64,000 bases of DNA, from NCBI GenBank assembly GCA_965153355.1, contig OZ231126.1, positions 18,724,001-18,788,000 of the forward strand, read 5' to 3'. The stretch comes from Flaccisagitta enflata. Taxonomy: Eukaryota. The notes beneath the pieces were generated by a model that worked only from the letters and a program-made list of their open reading frames with translations, did no database searches and was not told where the DNA came from. This document shows positions 1-13,495 of the stretch, in pieces. The translations under genes were made by a program, and so were the position numbers. Positions within the stretch are counted from its first letter, which is position 1. The number at the start of each line of letters is the position of its first letter.

Positions 1-1017
1 GTTAAAAAATGTTAAAAAATGTTAAAAAATGTTAAAAAATGTTGAAAAATATTGAAAAATGTTAAAAAATGTTAAAAATGTTTAAAAATGTTTAAAAATG
101 TTAAAAAATGTTAAAAAATATTAAAATTTTTTAAAAATGTTAGGAAGTGTTAAAAGATGTTAAAATATCAGAAAAGGTTAAAAATATCAAGACGTAATAA
201 GAAATGGTAAAAAACATTAAAAAAATGTAAGATCATTGAATATTGTTCAAGGATATTAAAAAAGTATTGAAAAACATCAAATGCAAACAGTTAATTTGAA
301 CGCAAATCCATAAATTTTATTTTTTCCCGTCTCAAATGATAGTTTCTAGCAATTCTGATGTTCAAGAGTTCTGAGATTTTTATGGTTTTTTTTTCCCAGT
401 ATTTGCTTTAATTCAAAATCTTAATTTGCAAGAATTACAATACATTACAATGTATGCAAAAATTCAGTCATGTGCTAGACAACTGGACAATCTGCTCTAT
501 CCGTCCATCGGTCCATCTGTTGGCTAGTTGGATGGTCTATCACACTTTTTTTATGATTTTATGACCTTGCTGCTCTCGCCCAATCAGTTTAGTGACCTTT
601 AATATGGCCCCTGCCCACTTACATGCGACCGAGTGTAACCTGCCTGTAACCTGCCTTGTTTTTTTGCATTTTTTTTACATTTTCATTTGTGCCATATCAT
701 TTTATACAATTTTTTAACATTTTTTAACAATTTTTAACATTTTTTAACATTTTTTAACATTTTTTAACAATTTCTAGTTTCAAGTTATTTTAATATATTA
801 GTTTTTAACATTTATTAACTTTTTTGACAATGTGTTATTTTCTAAATTATTTCATGATATTCCTATTACATTTTTTAACAAATTCAAAACATTTTGATAA
901 CCTTTTGAGCGTTTTTTCATTACCATTTTTTAACATTTTTTAACATTTTTTAACAAAAACTTTAAAAGTTACAAAATGTTAAAAAATGTTAAAAATTTTT
1001 TAGCATAGGTACCCCTG
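1..1017. mobile_element. Right part of a TIR/foldback element with 10-bp GTTAAAAAAT arrays in opposite orientations
   Basis: (gttaaaaaat)n at 1-140 and its complement (ttttttaaca)n at about 710-955. It ends ...taggtacccctg (CAGGGG on the minus strand). The left end lies outside the window. Confidence 0.5.
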
Positions 1018-1371
1018 CATATTGTAAGATGTGGTTGTCGATGTTTTTGGAGTCGATGCATGATTCCAAATGTACTCCACTATACTGTAGTCTAATTAGC
1101 CAAGACGTTTATCCGTGCAAGCATAAAGATATGCCGAACGATCGGTCCTAGGTGTAGCGTCCCTTGAATGCTCGCGAACACTCAGTCATAGGTTTTAAGG
1201 AGGGACAGAAAATCTAAGAATAGAAAATGCATGAAGGTAGATAAACATGGTTGGCGAATAGAAGTACTATGTGCTTAGGTTGCCATTTCACTGATAGATG
1301 GGCCGACTGACTGACAGACAGCGGGGTGTAGAGTTGCGTGGTTCCTGGCGTCGGTCTTGAAACCTTCCATG

Positions 1372-1562
1372 TATGTGACATGTGCAACAATTCATCCTAC
1401 ATAAAACTCATACAATTAATCAAAAGGAAACAGAAATTGACAAGAATTCGTAAATAATATGGACATTTATATAGTGTAAGCTTCCATTACATACACATAG
1501 ATACCTAAAATATGGTCTTTTGAAACACTATCAAAATTCCTTAGGCATATACTTTTTACTAA
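1372..1562 (-). mobile_element. Solo fragment homologous to the 3' tail of the Penelope-like insertion
   Basis: Its reverse complement aligns by eye with 18749-18940 (ttagtaaaaagtata...gtatgtaatggaagcttacactatataaatgtcc...ttgttgcaca). Confidence 0.75.
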
Positions 1563-2134
1563 GGCCAGTGCTCTCTAAGGCTTCCATTCGAATGTTTGTT
1601 TCGTCCACCTGTGTTGACTCAGACCCGTATCGATGCTTGAATGAAACTACATGCACATGCTTCATTATTTGCGGATAAAAATTTTAAGGCGGCCGAGAGT
1701 AGAAAAATTGAGGTGTGAGTTTTACGACGCGAATTTTAATGCAGTCCAAGACTCCTAGGGGGCTGACGTAAAGTGAGCTAAAGCCTTAGTTAAGGAACGT
1801 CCCTTTAATTGCCATGTAGTCGTTTAGTATGATCATCATGATCCTTTTGCGTAAATATGGCAGTGGAAGGATATCCATCTAGTTATCAAACTGTTTAAGG
1901 AAGATAGGTAGACTCGACTGCAGCCTGCGAGAGTGGTTGATGCAATCTGGCGGGGAAACAATCATCGTTTACGCACAATTGAACCCTTGTCGAAAGAATT
2001 TTCGGCGCCACTTTCCAGATCGTGGCATCGAAGAATCCTCTCCTGATCACTGAGATTCTGGTCTCCATGACGGGTGACCATCTACCGCCTTTGCATTAGG
2101 CTGCCATAAGGTTTGAGGAGGTGTCGAAGTGAAC

Positions 2135-2258
2135 CAGGGGCGTAGGGGAGTTAAATTTTTAGAGCATGCCACCCCCTAATTAGTGTCCCGACAACTTTAG
2201 TGTCCCGACAACAGGGCATGCCATGGCATGCCTGGCATGCCCTTGTCCTACGCCCCTG
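2135..2258. mobile_element. hAT-type MITE
   Basis: TIR caggggcgtagg/cctacgcccctg and a perfect 8-bp TSD AAGTGAAC (2127-2134, 2259-2266). Confidence 0.9.
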
Positions 2259-2623
2259 AAGTGAACCATCCATTATTAATTGTTCCGCTATTTGTGCATC
2301 TTTCGATTCCAAGTAGCGATTTCAAAGCCTGTATGTTCCCGACAGTGACGACAGAAGTGAATTTGCTTTTCCATTATCTGAGGACTGAGGCGTCCACAAA
2401 ATCCCCTGTCAGAACATCTTGACCTCGCCCACATTTGCGCCTTGGAGAAGGTGATCCGTCTGTCCCATTTTAAAAAGGGATGCATCGCCTTACATTCGAC
2501 TCAGTGCAGTGAATGAAGTTTGATTTTCGTTTTGACACGATGGAGGATAACAAAGAACATTTGATAGGCCGATAGATGCCTTCTCTTCAGGTATACCTGC
2601 CGGGAAGTAGACAAAATAAGATA

Positions 2624-3020
2624 CACGCTGTATTTTGTCTAAGAACACTGTTTATAAGAACAACAGCCTCAGATATGGTGATTAAATAAGAACATCCTAA
2701 GAACATGCCAGGCTCAGATTTTTGCACAAATACATTCTAATGTACGCTTTTATATAATTTTTTGAGGAAACAATGAAAAAACGTTGTACAGAATCCTTTA
2801 ACCTAAACAATTCAACCAATTATTTTTATCATTTACATTTCTATAAATTTCATGATTTAATATAAACAAAAATTGTAAACACTGAGAAGAAAATATATTC
2901 ATTTCATTGAATATGACTAGTTAGCAACTATGATAAAGAACTTCCATGCTACAAAAATAAGAACGGGTTAAGAACATTTGAGGCTGAAAATTGGCAAAAC
3001 TGTGTTCTTATTGGAAAAAA
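2624..3020. mobile_element. Degenerate Tc1/mariner-type MITE, same family as 54750-55327
   Basis: Shares aagaacactgtttataagaaca..agcctcagat and the gaggctga...tgttcttat end with that copy. Confidence 0.65.
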
Positions 3021-3477
3021 GTTGAATCACGTAATTCGACTTTTTGATACGTAGGGAAGAAATGAAGTTTTTCATTTTGGATTTGGGACAATTTTAGGAA
3101 GTTGTGCCATTTCTGGGCTAAGATGTACTTTTTTTTATATTCATAGCAATGAAAGAGCTTATTTTTCTCTTTCAAATAGAATCAACCAGAAGTCTCTTTG
3201 ATCATTAGTTTTGGCGCTACGAATTTTTGAACTTTGGAATCTTTTTTTTATTTTTACGCATTTTTGCAAAAATCGTTATTTTTCATTGATCCAATTTTTT
3301 GGCTCTATGTAATGAGAAAGAAGAGTCAAGATGTTATACAAATTGACCCTAACTTTTATAACGCCAGCTTTTGCATTTTGCTCTGCTTGAGACAGAGAAA
3401 GAGAGAGAGAGAAAGAGAATAAAAACTTTAAAAGAGAAAGAGAAAAAGAATGCCAGAAAAAGACATACACCCCCCTA

Positions 3478-3530
3478 CACACACACACATTCACACATAC
3501 TCTCACACACACACATATTCTCTCTCTCTC

Positions 3531-3593
<63 letters not shown>

Positions 3594-3620
3594 AAGAGAG
3601 AGAGAGAGAGAGCGCGAGAG

Positions 3621-3673
<53 letters not shown>
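3478..3673 (+). repeat. Compound (CA)n/(GA)n microsatellite; representative of many in the window (for example 28200, 40810, 51152, 60745, 62380)
   Basis: Directly visible. Confidence 0.95.
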
Positions 3674-3675
<2 letters not shown>

Positions 3676-4089
3676 GATAAAGGAAGACCGAAAAAAGACA
3701 TGGAGAGACAGATTGAATGACAAAAACAGGCAGGCTGTCAACCAGGCATCATCAGATGCACACAGAAGAACATGCACCGAAACAAGCCCGACCGGGCAAC
3801 GATGTGTCTGGGCCGTGTCCCTACGTGTATTGATCATGTGACATATATGAAGAGACAGATGGATGAACATGTTGGTTGGCTGATCATTTGTTTCAGTATA
3901 GGATCTCACCGTGGCCAAAGACAACCGAGAAACGCGGTTTTTGCACCTGCGTAACAGACAGACAGACGGACGGATGGACAGACAAATGGACGGACCGACG
4001 GACGGACAGACCCTCTTATAGAAATGCGTTTCTGAGGGACGCATTAAAAAGAACTTTTTTCCAGTCGGCGAGAGCCGCCTTTATTGTAA

Positions 4090-4284
4090 ACAAGGCTGGA
4101 TACACGGCTACCCCAGTCGCGTGTGGGTGGGCAGGGGCAGAAATTGAGGTCACCAGATCATTTGGGCAGGAGCAGTGAGGCCAAAAACCGCAAAAAAACA
4201 AAAAAAGTAAAGTGTGATGGACGGACGGACGGACGGACGGACGGACCGACAAAGCGGGGTGTAGAGTCGCGTAGCACGCGACTA
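4090..4284 (-). mobile_element. Mini Helentron-associated (HINE/DINE-1-like) element, family A; representative of many copies (for example 5110-5312, 26425-26574, 35460-35713, 37468-37686, 60982-61132)
   Basis: Terminal palindrome agtcgcgtagcacgcgact, a (gacg)n microsatellite, a sub-terminal inverted copy of agtcgcgtg, and a short hairpin at the other end (ggccggatacacggc). Flanks are A/T runs with no TSD. Confidence 0.7.
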
Positions 4285-7200
4285 AAAATACGGCGTGTAC
4301 TCGGATTGATATAAGAGACGGAAGATAACATTCTAACGATCACGCTCCTAACGAAATTCCGCCACGAATAAATATTTTTGAAAGTCCCATCATTCTTTTG
4401 TTTCTTTGTTGAGGTTAATTCCGACTCATTGTAGCTGTCACCCTAGTGTCACACTTTAATTCATATTATAGTAAATGCTATGTCACGGCATATAAAGATG
4501 ATGGGAAAGAGGGTCAAATTCTGTACTTGCACCTAAAATTTCATGTCCTAACTCCGATTTGTTTGGTCACAGTAAAATTCTTATGAAACTTTAATGTTAA
4601 TCATTAAAAAAAACAAGAATTGAATTGTAACGCTCGCCGACCAAGCTTTGTAGTTAATTCTTTGTTTCCTCACAGCGCTTCTCACACAAATGCGCGATGC
4701 TTTTTAGTTGCGGACACGCAAATCTATAAGTAGCGGGGGGACCGTGAAGCCCCAAAGGGGTAAATAAGAGAGATACACCACTCAGTAGGCGACCAATGTC
4801 TGGTGGAACATCCCTCTTAACAATCTGAAACGTCAGATGGACTCAAAAATGTTGAAAAAATCGCCCTCATCCAGCATCTTTTTCATCTATGTAAATTATC
4901 AAAATTCCCATTAAAGTTGCTGCATTTTTAGGGCTTTTGGCCACAAAAAATTTCAATTCCTGATCATTTTAAACAATGACAAGCGTTTTTTATGTGATTG
5001 CTGATATTGTATGTAACAGGTGATTGATTAATAAAACAAAACTCATAATTGCTGCAAGTTGCTGCAAGTTGCAGCATGTTGCTGCAGGCATTGTAGTAAT
5101 TTAAGCCAAACAAGGGTGGATACACGGATACCCAAGCCACGTGCGGGAGGGCAGGGGCCCTAGTTGAAGTCACTTGATCATTTGGGAAGGAGCAGTGAGG
5201 CCAAAGACCGCAAAAAGCAAAACTAGTAAAAGATGACAGACCAACGGATGGACCAACAGACAGACCTACAGACCAACAAAGCGGGGTGTAGAGTCGCACA
5301 GCACGAGACTTAAAATGTTGCAAATCTGAGAACACAATGATAGGCAATCGAGTCCTATAGTTTTAAACTGCAACTCTATCAGGAGCTTTATCCATCTGTC
5401 AGTCTATCTTTTGAAAACTTTGACTGTCCATCCATTCATCCATCAGCATATCTGTCCATCTGTGCCTCCATCCCTTCATTTACAATACACTCAATCATTG
5501 GTAAGTAATTATCTACTTCTAGTTCAAAAGTTTTAAATTGGTCATTTCTGCCCCTGCCAGTGTTCTTGTAACACATTGAAATGGCCAATGTAGGTCCTTC
5601 AAGTGTAAATTTGCGACTAGCCCTTGCATCTGTCTGTCTGTCTGTCTGCCTGTCTGTTAATCCAACTATCCATCCAACCCTTTGTCCATTCAACCTATTA
5701 CATCCAGATCCGTAAGCATCGTTTAAAAACAATCATGACCGGATACACGGCTACCAAAGTCGCGCGTGGGTAAGCAGGGTCAGTGATTTAAAAGGGTCAC
5801 TTGAGCAAAAGATGCCCAAAAACGCTATAAAAGCTAATGGTATAAGACCAACCAACAGACCGATCAACCGACATAGCGGGTTATTGAGTTGTGGTGTAGC
5901 ATGCGACTACAAATTGCGGTTTGTTTGTCTGTTTCCAGGCAAAATACTGCTGCTTGTGCATTAACCCAGCCCAGTTGTATGGGTCAGTTGCATTTTGACC
6001 CTCCCAACAGACAGCCCGACTAAGTGGCATATAGAATTGCGTGGATGCAACTGATAATAGCATTCTTAGCTCATTAATCTGCTCCTTACCTTAGGTCTTT
6101 TTAAGCTAGACTCTTGGTCGAAAACTTATTTTTGCTGCAAGTCGATGTCAAGATTATTTCAACTGTCACGATTGATCATCTGGTGGAGCGCAAGCCCAGC
6201 AGTCTCAGTCTTACAAGGCCCTAAACGTGCAACCTTGGTTGTGGACGGGTGCAGGATTGGAAAACCCTGAAAAGCAACTTTGTGACAGATTGAAGGACCA
6301 ATGGACATAAAAGTGACTTATAGAGTTGCATGTCCGCGACAAAAAAATTAGAATAGCCCTATGATTGACTATGTATCAGACTCTCTATCACCACTGATAA
6401 TTCAAATCAGTACAGTCAAATACCGCAATGACGGATGCCAAGGGACTAAAAAGTTTTATCCATAATAGACAAATTTCTGTCATTACAAAGGGGAATATGT
6501 GGTCAGCGGTTTCCAATGACTAACCACGCACAATTGTGATAGTGAGTGTGATAAGGCGATGCAACCACCCTGAGGGGGATGAAGTCCTGTACAACACGGA
6601 GGACCTTTGTTCATATTGCCATATTTGCGGTCACTAGAGCATCAGAGCAGGAGCAGTGAGGCCGATGTACACAGAAACATGCAAGAAAGAAAAAAAATGT
6701 GACAGACCGACCAATGAATGGACAGACAGTGGTGTATACCATTGCGTAGCACGTAACTAAGACCCATCTTACTGACAACAAGCCTCTAATTGTATTGTAT
6801 CATATTTTTTGTCAAATCCCTCTGCACCTTTTTATCTACAGATGGAACCAATGACAGACTCACTTAGCTAATAAAAGAGTTGCATAGCACGCATCTGAAA
6901 ATTGCAATGATTAAAATTTTTTGCTTGAGTGTTCCTTTTCAAGAACAGGCCCAATACACTAATGACTAATGGCAATACGCTAATGACTTATATGGAGAGA
7001 CATATAGACAAACAGACATATCAAATGACAGAGTAGAAAAGAGACTCTCAAACCATGTTTGTTGATTTTTTATCTAGTGAATGATCTCACTGTGGCTTCA
7101 GAAAGCCAAGAAGTAGTTTTTACACAGGTGAAACGAACAGACAGACGGAACCGACAAACGGATATCCTGTTGAGATGCATTCCTGAAGGACGCACCTAAA

Positions 7201-9257
7201 AAGATATAATCCTGATTGCAGCAACTTATTAAGTTTTTCAAATCCATTTTCAGTCACATGCTACGCGACTCTACAACCCACTATGTCAGTCTGTTGGTTG
7301 GTCAGTCAGTTGATCAGTTGTTCTGTCAGTCGCTCTTGACTGACCTCAAATATTGCCCGTGCCCACCCACACGTTAATGGGGAAGCATTCTTTTTAAATT
7401 GATTACAATTTCAGTTGAAGGCATTTTCCATTTTTGTCTGTCCGTCAATTGCCTGTCAGTCCATAATGATTGCCCAGGAATGTGTGAGTGTGTGGGGAGG
7501 GGCGAAGTATATGCCCCGGTACTAATGTATGTTTGCTGTAAAGGTTATGAAATAAGATATCCCGAACCACTTGCCTTATAAGGCAAAATAAATGTTTCCC
7601 TGCGTCAATCTGTAGCAAGGGAACAATATTCCATGCAGCTAACTTGCTGTAGCTTCCAGCAGCTTGCAACATCTTGTAGCAGCTTGCAGCATCTTGCATC
7701 AGCTTGCAGGGGCATGCAACAAAAGAAAATGTTTTCCAGCAGACAATCAACAAGTTAAAACTGACTTAAATATGATTTTGGACCATATTTTCAAAAGCAA
7801 TGAGAGCTGGAATGGTGAAATATCACAAGGAGCTTGCTTGCTTGCTGCAACTTACTGCAGCTTTCTGCACACTAACTGAAGCTTGCTGCAGCTTGCTACA
7901 AAGGTAAAATATACCCAGTTGTAATACATTTACAAAGTTCTAACTGAGATCATTCAGTAAATCATGTCCACTATATTGTGGTCACGATCGTCTTTGTGAT
8001 CAAATTTTCAAAATCTACGGGACAATTAGGACATTGCTGCAAACCAGAGAAGCTTCCGCAGCTTATTCTCTTGCTGCAGGTAGGGCTTGCTTTCCCAAAC
8101 AAGTGTCCATTCACAAAAAAAAACTGCAATCACTCTGCATTGCATTTTTCATCAAATTCTCAAACAACGAACTTGCTGTTATTGATCAGCCTAAGTGCAG
8201 CAATTTACAGCAACCACTGTATTCTTTACTGTTTTACTGTCTTTTGCACACAGCTACACCAAGCAGCATTACCAACTATCATTTAGTGTTACAACCAAAG
8301 CATCTATCATGTAACATGAGACTCAGAGGATCAAAGAGACATGACAATCTTGAGTTTTGGCCTCAAATTCTTAGGTCTTATGTAGATGACAAACATAGTG
8401 GGTGAGGGCGATTTTTAGGTGCGACAAAGCACCTCTATAACTGGCTGTGTCCGTCGGTCGGTTGGTTGGTTGGTTGGGCAACGCATTCGTTCGACGATCC
8501 ACACGTCGCACCTTATTGGCCTACTTGGCCTTGTTTCAGCAACTTTGGGCACAGGAAATGATGCAAATCGTTCAGGATGATACTTCAGCAGAGTTTAGTC
8601 GCCTACTGGGAAAGAAATTGGTTCTCTCCCGTCCCTACTATAAGAGGCTTTGTCCGTCCATTGGTTGGTTGGTTGGTTGGTCTGTCGGTCCGTGGACACG
8701 TGTAGAAAAGTGAGGAAATGCGCATTTCCGCCCCTGCCCACCCGTCCGCAACTGGTGGCCGTGTATCCGGCCTTGTTTGTCTTGTTTTGGTAAAATTTCT
8801 TAAAATTAAAATTGGTATATCTCAGGAACTATTTGAGCTAGCCCATTGAAATTTTGCATGGTTGATACCAAGATCAAGAGAGTCCTTTGCCTAAATTCTG
8901 ATGCGACCTAAAGAATGTTGAACGGTCCAACCAGACCAACCAGTCTACCAGATGAAAAAATGAAAAAATATCATAACATCTAAAATAATTGTCCGATCTG
9001 GTTGAAATTTTGCATGGAGGATGAATTTCACGCCGTCCACGGTTGACTTACCATGAAACCGGCCTTGAAAAAATCAACTAAATTTTAAAACAAACAGTGA
9101 CCGAGGGCAAGGAAATATCGCCTGGGCTAAAATGTTCTCCAGTGACTATTAACAGGGTGTGCAAAATTATCCGCACTTGGCACTTACTTTGTTCAAAAAC
9201 CTTAAAAGAAAAAGATTTATGAAAGCATAAATAATATGTATGAAAAAGTATCTTTTT

Positions 9258-10446
9258 TGTCCTCGACGATCAGTTTACGTCGAGGACTATAACATAGCAC
9301 TGATCGTGTAGTAAGCCGTTGTCGTTTGTCGTTTGTTGTTGTGTCAACCCTTAAAAACTTTAGAACCTCAACTCAGATGTTGATGAAACTTGGTCAGTGC
9401 TTTTCTAAGGGCAGTACTGACTTGTGTACCAACTTTCAACAACATTCATAAATATTTAATACCCTTTGCCTATTATTTTTGTAGTAATATTAATTCCTGG
9501 ACTTGTGCAATTTACATAGGGGAAGGGTAGTAAAGGTTCACCAATGTTGTTCAAACTTGTTGTGAAGGTTTATTGCATCAATTAAAGCTCCCCTGCAAGA
9601 TTTCAGATAATTCTGAGTATTGGTTTAGAAGATATAAGGGTATTTTGCTAGTAATATTGATTCCTAGACGTGTGCAATTTACATAGGGGAATGGTAGTAA
9701 AGGTTCACCAATGTTGTTCAAACTTGTTGTGAAGGTTCATTGCATCAATTAAAGCTCCCCTGCAAGATTTCAGTAAATTCTGAGTATTGGTTAAGAAAAT
9801 ATAAGGGTATTTATGATGTATCTAGTAACATTATTTCTTGGACTTAAGAATTTTTTTTTTGAATAAAATTTTTTTTTTTAATTTTTTTTTTTTTTTTTAA
9901 AAAAAAAATTTTTTGAAAGAAATTTTTTTTTTTTAAATTTAAAAAATTTTTTTTTTTAATAAAAATTTCATTTTTTTTAAAAAAATTTCATTTTTGAAAA
10001 AAATTTCATTTTTTAAAACAAATTTCATTTTTTGAAAAAAATTTCATTTTTTGAAATTTTTTTTTGAAAAAAATTTTTTTTTTAAAAAATTTTTTTTTTT
10101 GAAAAAAATTTTTTTTGGACTTTAAGGTATGCAATTGGTAGCCGGGTCAGACTGAGTAGCCGGGTCAGACTGAGTAGCCGGGTCAGACTGAGTAGCCGGG
10201 TCAGACTGAGTAGCCGGGTCAGACTGAGTAGCCGGGTCAGACTGAGTAGCCTGGTCAGACTGAGTAGCCGGGTCAGACTGAGTAGCCGGGTCAGACTGAG
10301 TAGCCGGGTCAGACTGAGTAGCCGGGTCAGACTGAGTAGCCGGGTCAGACTGAGTAGCCGGGTCAGACTGAGTAGCCGGGTCAGACTGAGTAGCCGGGTC
10401 GGACACCAAATAGACAACAGTCGAGGACTGTTGTTTTTAAGCTTTT
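9258..10446 (+). mobile_element. HINE/DINE-1-like element with central tandem repeats
   Basis: 5' palindrome gtcctcgacg..cgtcgaggac, 3' sub-TIR gtcgaggac at 10420, about 170-bp internal repeats (9482-9840), inserted in a T-run. Related to 16458-21995. Confidence 0.7.
10138..10400 (+). repeat. 18-bp minisatellite (GTAGCCGGGTCAGACTGA)n, about 14 copies
   Basis: Nearly perfect tandem units. It explains the DPATQS and TRLLSL pseudo-ORFs. Confidence 0.95.
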
Positions 10447-11371
10447 ATTATTCAAAACTTAAAATCACAGAGTCAGTATTAAGACCTTTCAGGTATATTT
10501 TACCCTAATAAAACATTCCTTAAAATTCTTTATCAAAATAATCTGAAATTCTGTTATGAGTTTTTTTTTTTAGGCCAAGTTAATTTGCTCTAGTGAGTTC
10601 CTTTCATGATGATATAATTTATCCACCTCAGCACAATGTGCGCCAAGCAAAAAAGATTGATATTTAGTAATCACAAATACAAGAATCTATAATATAGTTA
10701 CTTATATTGCCTATGAAATAAAATCCTGTCAAAATCAAAATCTTTGCTTCAAATCATTTGACTACCTTAGTGACAAGGGGTATAGAAAAGACCTGCAATC
10801 AGTTTTAGCTTCTAGTATAACTTACTGGGGCTTTCTGGTCCAAATTTCATGGTGCTGAGTCACTTTTGAGTACAGTTTTCTTTCCACGAAGTAAGTGCGG
10901 ATAATTTTGCACACCCTGTTACTATTACTATTACTAGCAACGACTTCAGAAACTTTATGGAAAGAGGGAGAGAGAAGGAAGGAATGAAAGAAGGAAAGGA
11001 GATACAGTACCATAGGAGCAATGAGAACCTCAGATGGAAGGTCATCTCCTGCTTCACTATTCTAATGAAAGAGCTTCAATTATGGTTTTTCTGAAAGCTG
11101 GTGAGCAAGAGTTTTGAGTGAATATAGTTTTATTCCTCTAGCTCTAACTGTTGACCAAAAAGAAAAAAAGTGCAGCATCACTAGGGATTTGAACCTGTGA
11201 CTCTGAAGAGAGAGAAATTTAGGCTAAAGTTCGTTATAAACGACTGATTTGAATTTACTATATAATTGCCACCCCCCACCCCAAAATGAAGGGGTGGCCA
11301 AGAGATGGCCTGAAATCATGGGGTGGCCGGGGTGGCACTCAGGGTGGCACCTGGAATATAAGGATAAATAA

Positions 11372-12075
11372 GTATAGGGATAGGTAAGAGTGTATTGGGA
11401 CAGGTAAATATAGGGATAGGTAAATAGAGGGATAGGTAAATATAGGGATAGGTAAATATAGAGATAGTTAAGTGTAGGGATAGGTGAGTATAGGGATAGG
11501 TAAGTATAGGGATAGGTAAGTATAGGGATAGGTGAGTATAGGGATAGGTGAGTAAAGGGATAGGTGAGTATAGGGATAGGTGAGTATAGGGATAGGTGAG
11601 TATAGGGATAGGTGAGTATAGGGATAGGTGAGTATAGGGATAGGTGAGTATAGGGATAGGTGAGTATAGGGATAGGTGAGTATAGGGATAGGTGAGTATA
11701 AGGATAGGCGAGTATAGAGATAGGTGAGTATATGGATAAGTGAGGATAGGGATAGGTGAGTTAAGGGATAGGTGAGTATAAGGATAGGTGAGAATAGAAA
11801 TAGGTGAGTATAGGGATAGGTGAGTATAAGGATAGGTGAGTATAGGGATAGGTGAGTATAGGGATAGGTGAGTATAGGGATAGGTGAGTATAGGGATAGG
11901 TGAGTATAGGGATAGGTGAGTATAGGGATAGGTGAGTATAGGGATAGGTGAGTATAGGGATAGGTGAGTATAGGGATAGGTGAGTATAGGGATAGGTGAG
12001 TATAGAGATAGGTGAGTATAGGGATAGGTGAGTACTAAGATAGATGAGTATTAAAATAGGTGAGTATTAAAATAG
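11372..12075 (+). repeat. 16-bp minisatellite (GGGATAGGTGAGTATA)n
   Basis: Roughly 40 tandem copies, homogeneous in the centre and degenerate at the edges. Confidence 0.95.
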
Positions 12076-12203
12076 GTATTAAGATAAGAAAGTTTAGGGA
12101 TAAGTAAATACAGGGATTATGAAATGTAAGTTAAGCATAGGATAAGTTAAGTATAAGGTAAGTTTGGAGTGAGGTAAGTTTGAAATAAGGTAAATTTAGT
12201 ATA

Positions 12204-13495
12204 CCCTGTGTTCAAAAGCAAGTGATACCAGCAAAACCTTTATTGTGCCTAAACTATTCATTTTGAAAAATTCAGATTGGTTTCGTCTGGAAGCATATAA
12301 CCTACCATTTATTCATGCAAAATTTCATAGCACCAGGTCTAGCAGTTCAGCTTCCACAAAATTTTGAAAATCTATGAAATTTCCAGGAATTTTGCTCAAA
12401 AACTGCATAGTTAAACTGTTTTACATCAATGAACCTTTGTAATTTTTGCATGGATTGAGCTAAAATCACCAGATTGGTCGTGAATGGTTAAAATTTCACA
12501 CTTCTCTTTCATCTGATTTGATTTGTCAATATTTTGGAGAAAACTAGAAATCTTATGACTAGCAATGTGATGCAAAACCTACTCAAACTTCAAAAAATCA
12601 AAGAAAAATTAAGATTTTGCACCTGAATTTCCGCGAATTGGTATTTTTAGGCTGAAATATGTAGACTGAAACTAATATCCTGCTTTCTGGACCAATCTGG
12701 CCATTTTTGCATGATTCATTTAAAAATGTCATTGATTCTAAGCTACATAAGTCAGTCCATCGTTATCTTTGGAATCTTCTAATGGTTTATCCACATTTTC
12801 ATTCAAAACTATGTTAGTCAGGAGTAGTCAAAAATTAAAATAGCATTTTTGACCATTTTTTTGGTTGCGATGCATTCATATGCATCTAGTAAGATGTTAT
12901 CAAGAGATTTTTTCTCAAACGGATGCTGGTAAATATGGTCAATCGCGCTTAATTTAACGTTGATTGGCCGTTTTATTTTTGTTTTCACCCAAATAGTCAT
13001 TTTCCTCCCTTAGAAATGCGATATTTGGATTGAAACTCAGACAATTGCTTCCGAAATAACATTTACTATCATCGCCTAAAACGTGATGAAATTTGAAAGT
13101 CACTAAGATGCATGTGCTTATGCAAATTGGTCGCTCAGACTAATTTGCATACTTGAAGACAACCTTTAAAAGGCATTCTGCAATGAGCTGCAAGGAGAAA
13201 ATCGATAAGGTGAACGGCATTCAATCACTTCTCCGATTTTGTTTCATAGATAAAATTTACAGAAATTTACCGGATTGTTGAGGTTTTGATTGACAAAAAT
13301 TTAATCTAGTCGAATCAATCCCACTACCGGTGGCTAACTATGTGGACGCTTAACTGCTAGAGCCATTGCTATTAAATTTTGTATGAATAAATGGTAGGTT
13401 ATGTGCTTTCAAGCATAACCAATCCGAAATTCTCAAAATGAATACTTAAGGCGCAATAAAGGTTTTGATGGTATCACTTGCTTTTGAACACAGGG
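12204..13495. mobile_element. TA-flanked Tc1/mariner-type non-autonomous element
   Basis: ta|ccctgtgttcaaaagcaagtgatacca ... tggtatcacttgcttttgaacacaggg|ta with long imperfect TIRs. Confidence 0.9.

Larger units (their letters stand above)
9152..10919. mobile_element. TA-flanked Tc1/mariner-type non-autonomous element
   Basis: TIR acagggtgtgcaaaattatccgcactt / aagtgcggataattttgcacaccctgt, with TA on both sides. Confidence 0.85.

Noticed and set aside
1850-2610. Balanced-GC stretch that looks like coding sequence, interrupted by a hAT MITE
   Set aside because: The minus-strand frames I translated contain stops, the supplied ORFs are short, and no motif was recognised. A product cannot be assigned without a search.
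10082-10417. Repetitive ORFs (DPATQS)n and (TRLLSL)n, superficially like a CRISPR array or repeat protein
   Set aside because: It is a perfect 18-bp minisatellite with no spacers, inside a non-autonomous element.
11372-12075. G-rich array as a possible telomeric repeat
   Set aside because: The 16-bp unit is internal to a TIR element and is not TTAGG or TTAGGG.
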